Origin: Enoplolaimus lenunculus
Taxonomy: Eukaryota
Assembly (NCBI GenBank): GCA_030248215.1
Contig: JASANG010003711.1
Location: 1-64,000 of the forward strand
Length of the DNA: 64,000 nt
Direction: 5' to 3'
Notes under the pieces: model-generated
What the model saw: the letters and a program-made list of their open reading frames with translations, nothing else
Databases searched by the model: none
Told to the model about the DNA's origin: nothing
In this document: one piece after another, positions 61,601 to 64,000 of the stretch
Position numbering within the stretch: position 1 is the stretch's first letter
Layout: the number at the start of each line of letters is the position of its first letter
Program-made: the position numbers and the translations under genes

Positions 61601-64000
61601 CAGTTTATCATCCGGAAGTTCAAGCATCGTTTTTATCAACGTCTGGGCCACAGCTGCTCAGCAGCATATCGCAAACTCCATTCATAACTTTCAACTCAAT
61701 AAAAAGACTCATTTTAACACCATACAAATAGTCTCACCAGCTGATAGACGAGGTCGAATGTTAAAAGTACTACGGAAGGGAGTCAACTGCATTCTTTAAA
61801 AACATACACATACACACAAAAATACGTTTTGCTGAAAAATAATTCTAACCTCACACAAATCGGCGAGGGGCGACAACTAACGGACGAAGAGTATTCAATG
61901 AAACTAAATGTTTAAACTATGTATGGTTTACCAGTGTCGTGTAAAAGGAACGAAATAGAGGGGATGCTTCGGCTGCCGAAATTTCACCAGAAAAGACGTA
62001 CTTGGCTAATTTAGAATAACGTTCTGGAGTAAACAGATATCTTCCATGCGGTTTTATCCCGTGTTGAAATGGAATCTTGACAACGCTCGTGTGTGGTTGG
62101 TTGTCTGGGGGATAGTCGCAGTTACTATAAAACTACAGCTTAGTAAATCGCGCAACAAATTCATTCATGCGACTACAAAATGTTTATTTTAAACGTCTTT
62201 TATCGACTGAAAGTTTGTAAAACGTGTGATATTTCAAGGTCGTGTCGGAGTGCATTAAATTCATTTGAAAAGTTGAACTTTTCTGGTGACAAGAATGTAT
62301 AAAAGTTTTAGCCGTGATTTGGCTTACTGATATCACATTATATATATGCGAGTGGTATTGTAAACAGTATGTATCCGGCTAGATAGATACTCGGAGTCAG
62401 AGGTGGATTCAAAAAGTTTTGACGAGGGAGCGGGCTGGCAAATGTTATGAAACGCTAAAATTATAAGGTGGGACGTTATCATTTTATCACAAAAAATTTT
62501 CCGAGAGCGAAAAAAGGTAAGGTAGGAACCTTCTTTACCATTTTATCATTAAAAAACGTCTGCGGGGAAAAATGTGTTTTTACAAAAGAATTCTCTTTGG
62601 GAAAAATCGTAAGGTGGACCAAGTGCAGGTTATTGCAGCAAAAACTTGCACGTGCCAGTATATGGGGTTTGATGTGTGTGTTCTTTAAAAATTGGTACTG
62701 CACTCAGTACTGGTGCACTTTTCCATCCTGCAACAGGCATAAACCTAAGCGGAATGTTAAAGTTGAGGACAATAGTATATAGGCATAGCCCAGAAATGAG
62801 GAATACTGTAAAATAGTTGCAACACCAACATCCTGCAATGGGCATATTTGTTTTGACGTAGCAGTGGTAATATTATTCGCGCCAAAATACCTGAAATCAC
62901 GCTAAAATTACGTATTGTGAGCGTTCCAGGTTAATATTAATCTGCATTTCACTTAAGTAAAAAGACTACTGTCTTTTCAACGAATCCATGTTAGCTCAAC
63001 CCGCAGAATACAGATAAATATCTATATATTAAAGCGGAAACGCCCCACATACGTATTTTGGGCAATGTTACGTATGCAAATTAAGACAGTATGCATTGAC
63101 AATACCTATTGTTTCGGATGTTTTATATATCTGCAAATCACTACTACAGCTTTTAGAAACCTGTTTTTTAATTTCGTCTACTTAAATAATAATGGACCAG
63201 GCAACGATTAAGCCTAGAGCGGAAAGCTTTAGTGCAGTTGCACATGTGTGCAACTACGTGTACTAGTAATTTTTTATTTCAGGTAAATCGACCAATAAGC
63301 ATGAAAAAAGACGCAATACAAACACGCAACCGAAAATTGACAACAAAAACAAAAAAGCGCAAAATAACGCCGTCGAACAGCATTAACGGGAGTCATACGA
63401 CAACCACGCTCAATCAGCTCGCTTCTCCTCCTTCCGGATCCGGTCCTGCGACAGTTATGAACGCAGCTTCGCTTCAAAGCTTCGGCGGCTATCATCCAAA
63501 TACTCCAATGAACACAAACGCAGCGCTCGGATTATCGGCACATGATTGCACTCCAAACCATTACAACAACACTGCAACTGCATTTATTCTACCTGAAATG
63601 TTAAGCAAAGCAGCGGTTGCGCATCATGGTCACTATAATTCGCCAGCATATCAACAGTTGCATAACGGATCGCCTCCGGCTCCTTCAACGACAACCCTGC
63701 CTCCGGATATTATTAAATCAAATTTTAATTTTAGCAATTCCGGTTACACCGCTAATAATGACACGTCCACAAACGCTTCTGCAATCGCAACAAATATGCA
63801 ACACGCAACTGCTGCGGTTCATTCACAACTGTTCGCGAACGCTGTTGCAGCAAATAGTACAGGAATTTCCGTAGGTAATAACAACAATCATCAATATATG
63901 ACTAGCGCGTCGCCAAACGCTACTTTAATGCCTTGTGGAACAATTATTCCTGGTTCAGGGTCAGGCGTTTCTTCGCTTACATCGACTTCGTCACAGTATT
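43667..64000 (+). CDS. GATA1/2/3-class dual zinc-finger transcription factor (elt-1/grain-like); 3' end runs off the window
   Basis: join(43667..44697,45291..45388,45645..45790,56794..56919,63283..>64000) with consistent phases. N-finger [49 protein letters not shown]-finger [33 protein letters not shown]; basic tail [18 protein letters not shown]. The last exon is open to the window end. An in-frame TGA at 43649 lies upstream of the ATG. The link from the first exon is supported by phase only, not by a recognised motif. Confidence 0.93.
43931..43957 (+). repeat. (AAT)n(AAC)n coding microsatellite encoding poly-Asn (N9) in the GATA factor
   Basis: AATAATAATAATAATAATAACAACAAC in frame. Confidence 0.85.
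45018..45190 (-). mobile_element. GGCC-ended TTAGGC-bearing MITE, subfamily B, degenerate (GATA intron)
   Basis: GTAGTATAAGCATAT ... CCTAAGCTTAAGCCTAAGCAAAAAA ... GTTCCGCCCCTGATCATTACATGCGCC. Confidence 0.7.
45837..45933. mobile_element. 97-bp deletion derivative of the CAGGGTTCCA MITE
   Basis: CAGGGTTCCAACCGGAA ... TTCCGATCGAACCCTG; both ends match 15289-15682 in reverse. Confidence 0.75.
46212..46281. repeat. Perfect 32-bp direct repeat, period 38
   Basis: GCTCAAATCTTGAATCAGCCACTGCCGGTTGC at 46212 and 46250. Confidence 0.9.
47872..47995. promoter_or_regulatory. Cluster of 5 WGATAR sites in the GATA gene intron (candidate enhancer)
   Basis: Sites at 47872, 47897, 47910, 47936 and 47990. 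Confidence 0.4.
49738..49982. promoter_or_regulatory. Cluster of 7 WGATAR sites in the GATA gene intron (candidate enhancer)
   Basis: Sites at 49738, 49764, 49798, 49903, 49930, 49954 and 49977. Confidence 0.45.
50544..50898 (+). mobile_element. Older, longer GGCC-ended element
   Basis: GGCCCATGTAGAGT ... ACTTTACGTGGGCC; degenerate TSD AAATAACT/AAACCACT; TAGGTTTAGGC near the right end. Confidence 0.55.
51540..51968. mobile_element. CAGGGTGCAACCGG-TIR MITE, degenerate
   Basis: CAAGGTGCAAAGCGGAA ... TTCCGGTTGCACCCTG with GGAATC subrepeats; solo ends of the family near 19850 and 55604, and a relic at 14134-14474. Confidence 0.65.
53433..53598 (+). mobile_element. GGCC-ended TTAGGC-bearing MITE, subfamily A
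   Basis: GGCCCATGTTATTTTAAGGGGC ... GCCCCTTAAAGTAATATTGGCC; TSD AAACTTTT/AAAATTTT. Confidence 0.88.
55050..55208. mobile_element. GC-rich hAT-like MITE
   Basis: CAGTACCGGAGCAG ... CTGCTCCGGCCGTG; TSD ACATGAGG/ACATGAAG; internal GGGGCTCCC repeats. Confidence 0.75.
57280..57451 (+). mobile_element. GGCC-ended TTAGGC-bearing MITE, subfamily A
   Basis: GGCCCATGTTACTTTAAGGGGCG ... CGCCCCTTAAAGGAACATTGGCC; TSD not recognisable. Confidence 0.82.
57750..57965. promoter_or_regulatory. Cluster of 6 WGATAR sites including a palindromic pair (candidate enhancer)
   Basis: Sites at 57750, 57764, 57798, 57831, 57953 and 57960 (TTATCACTGATAA). Confidence 0.45.
59120..59299 (+). mobile_element. GGCC-ended TTAGGC-bearing MITE, subfamily B
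   Basis: GGCCCATGTATAGAACAGGG ... CCCCGTTCCATACATGAGCC; TSD ATTAAACG/ATTAGACG. Confidence 0.88.
61052..61462. mobile_element. CAGAGTGGGAC-TIR MITE, uninterrupted copy with one end missing
   Basis: Reverse-colinear with 14987-15835; carries a single CTATTAAC where the 15-kb copy has the nested insertion. Confidence 0.75.

Overview
AT-rich eukaryotic genomic DNA, most likely a nematode. This is inferred from TTAGGC repeats, TTTCAG-type splice acceptors and the gene content. Three intron-containing genes lie on the + strand, all assembled by hand with consistent intron phases. (1) An 11-exon XPR1/SYG1 SPX-EXS phosphate exporter (4382-12530, 953 aa) with an unusually long C-terminal tail of about 320 aa. 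(2) A 7-exon phosphopantothenate-cysteine ligase, PPCS (16872-24420, 319 aa), whose first intron has a GC donor. (3) A two-zinc-finger GATA1/2/3-class (elt-1/grain-like) transcription factor (43667 to beyond 64000) with introns of about 11 kb and 6.4 kb that carry clusters of GATA sites. Introns and intergenic DNA are dense with non-autonomous elements. The most striking is a GGCC-ended MITE family with 8-bp target site duplications (TSDs) that carries variable arrays of the nematode telomere hexamer TTAGGC (about 15 copies here). Also present are DINE-1/HINE-like Helentron-type elements, hAT-like CAG-ended MITEs (one nested insertion whose empty site is also in the window) and a TA-flanked MITE. 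Most ORFs in the supplied track are spurious. No transposase, CRISPR array or rRNA was seen. All coordinates and counts were read by eye, so repeat boundaries may be off by a few bases.
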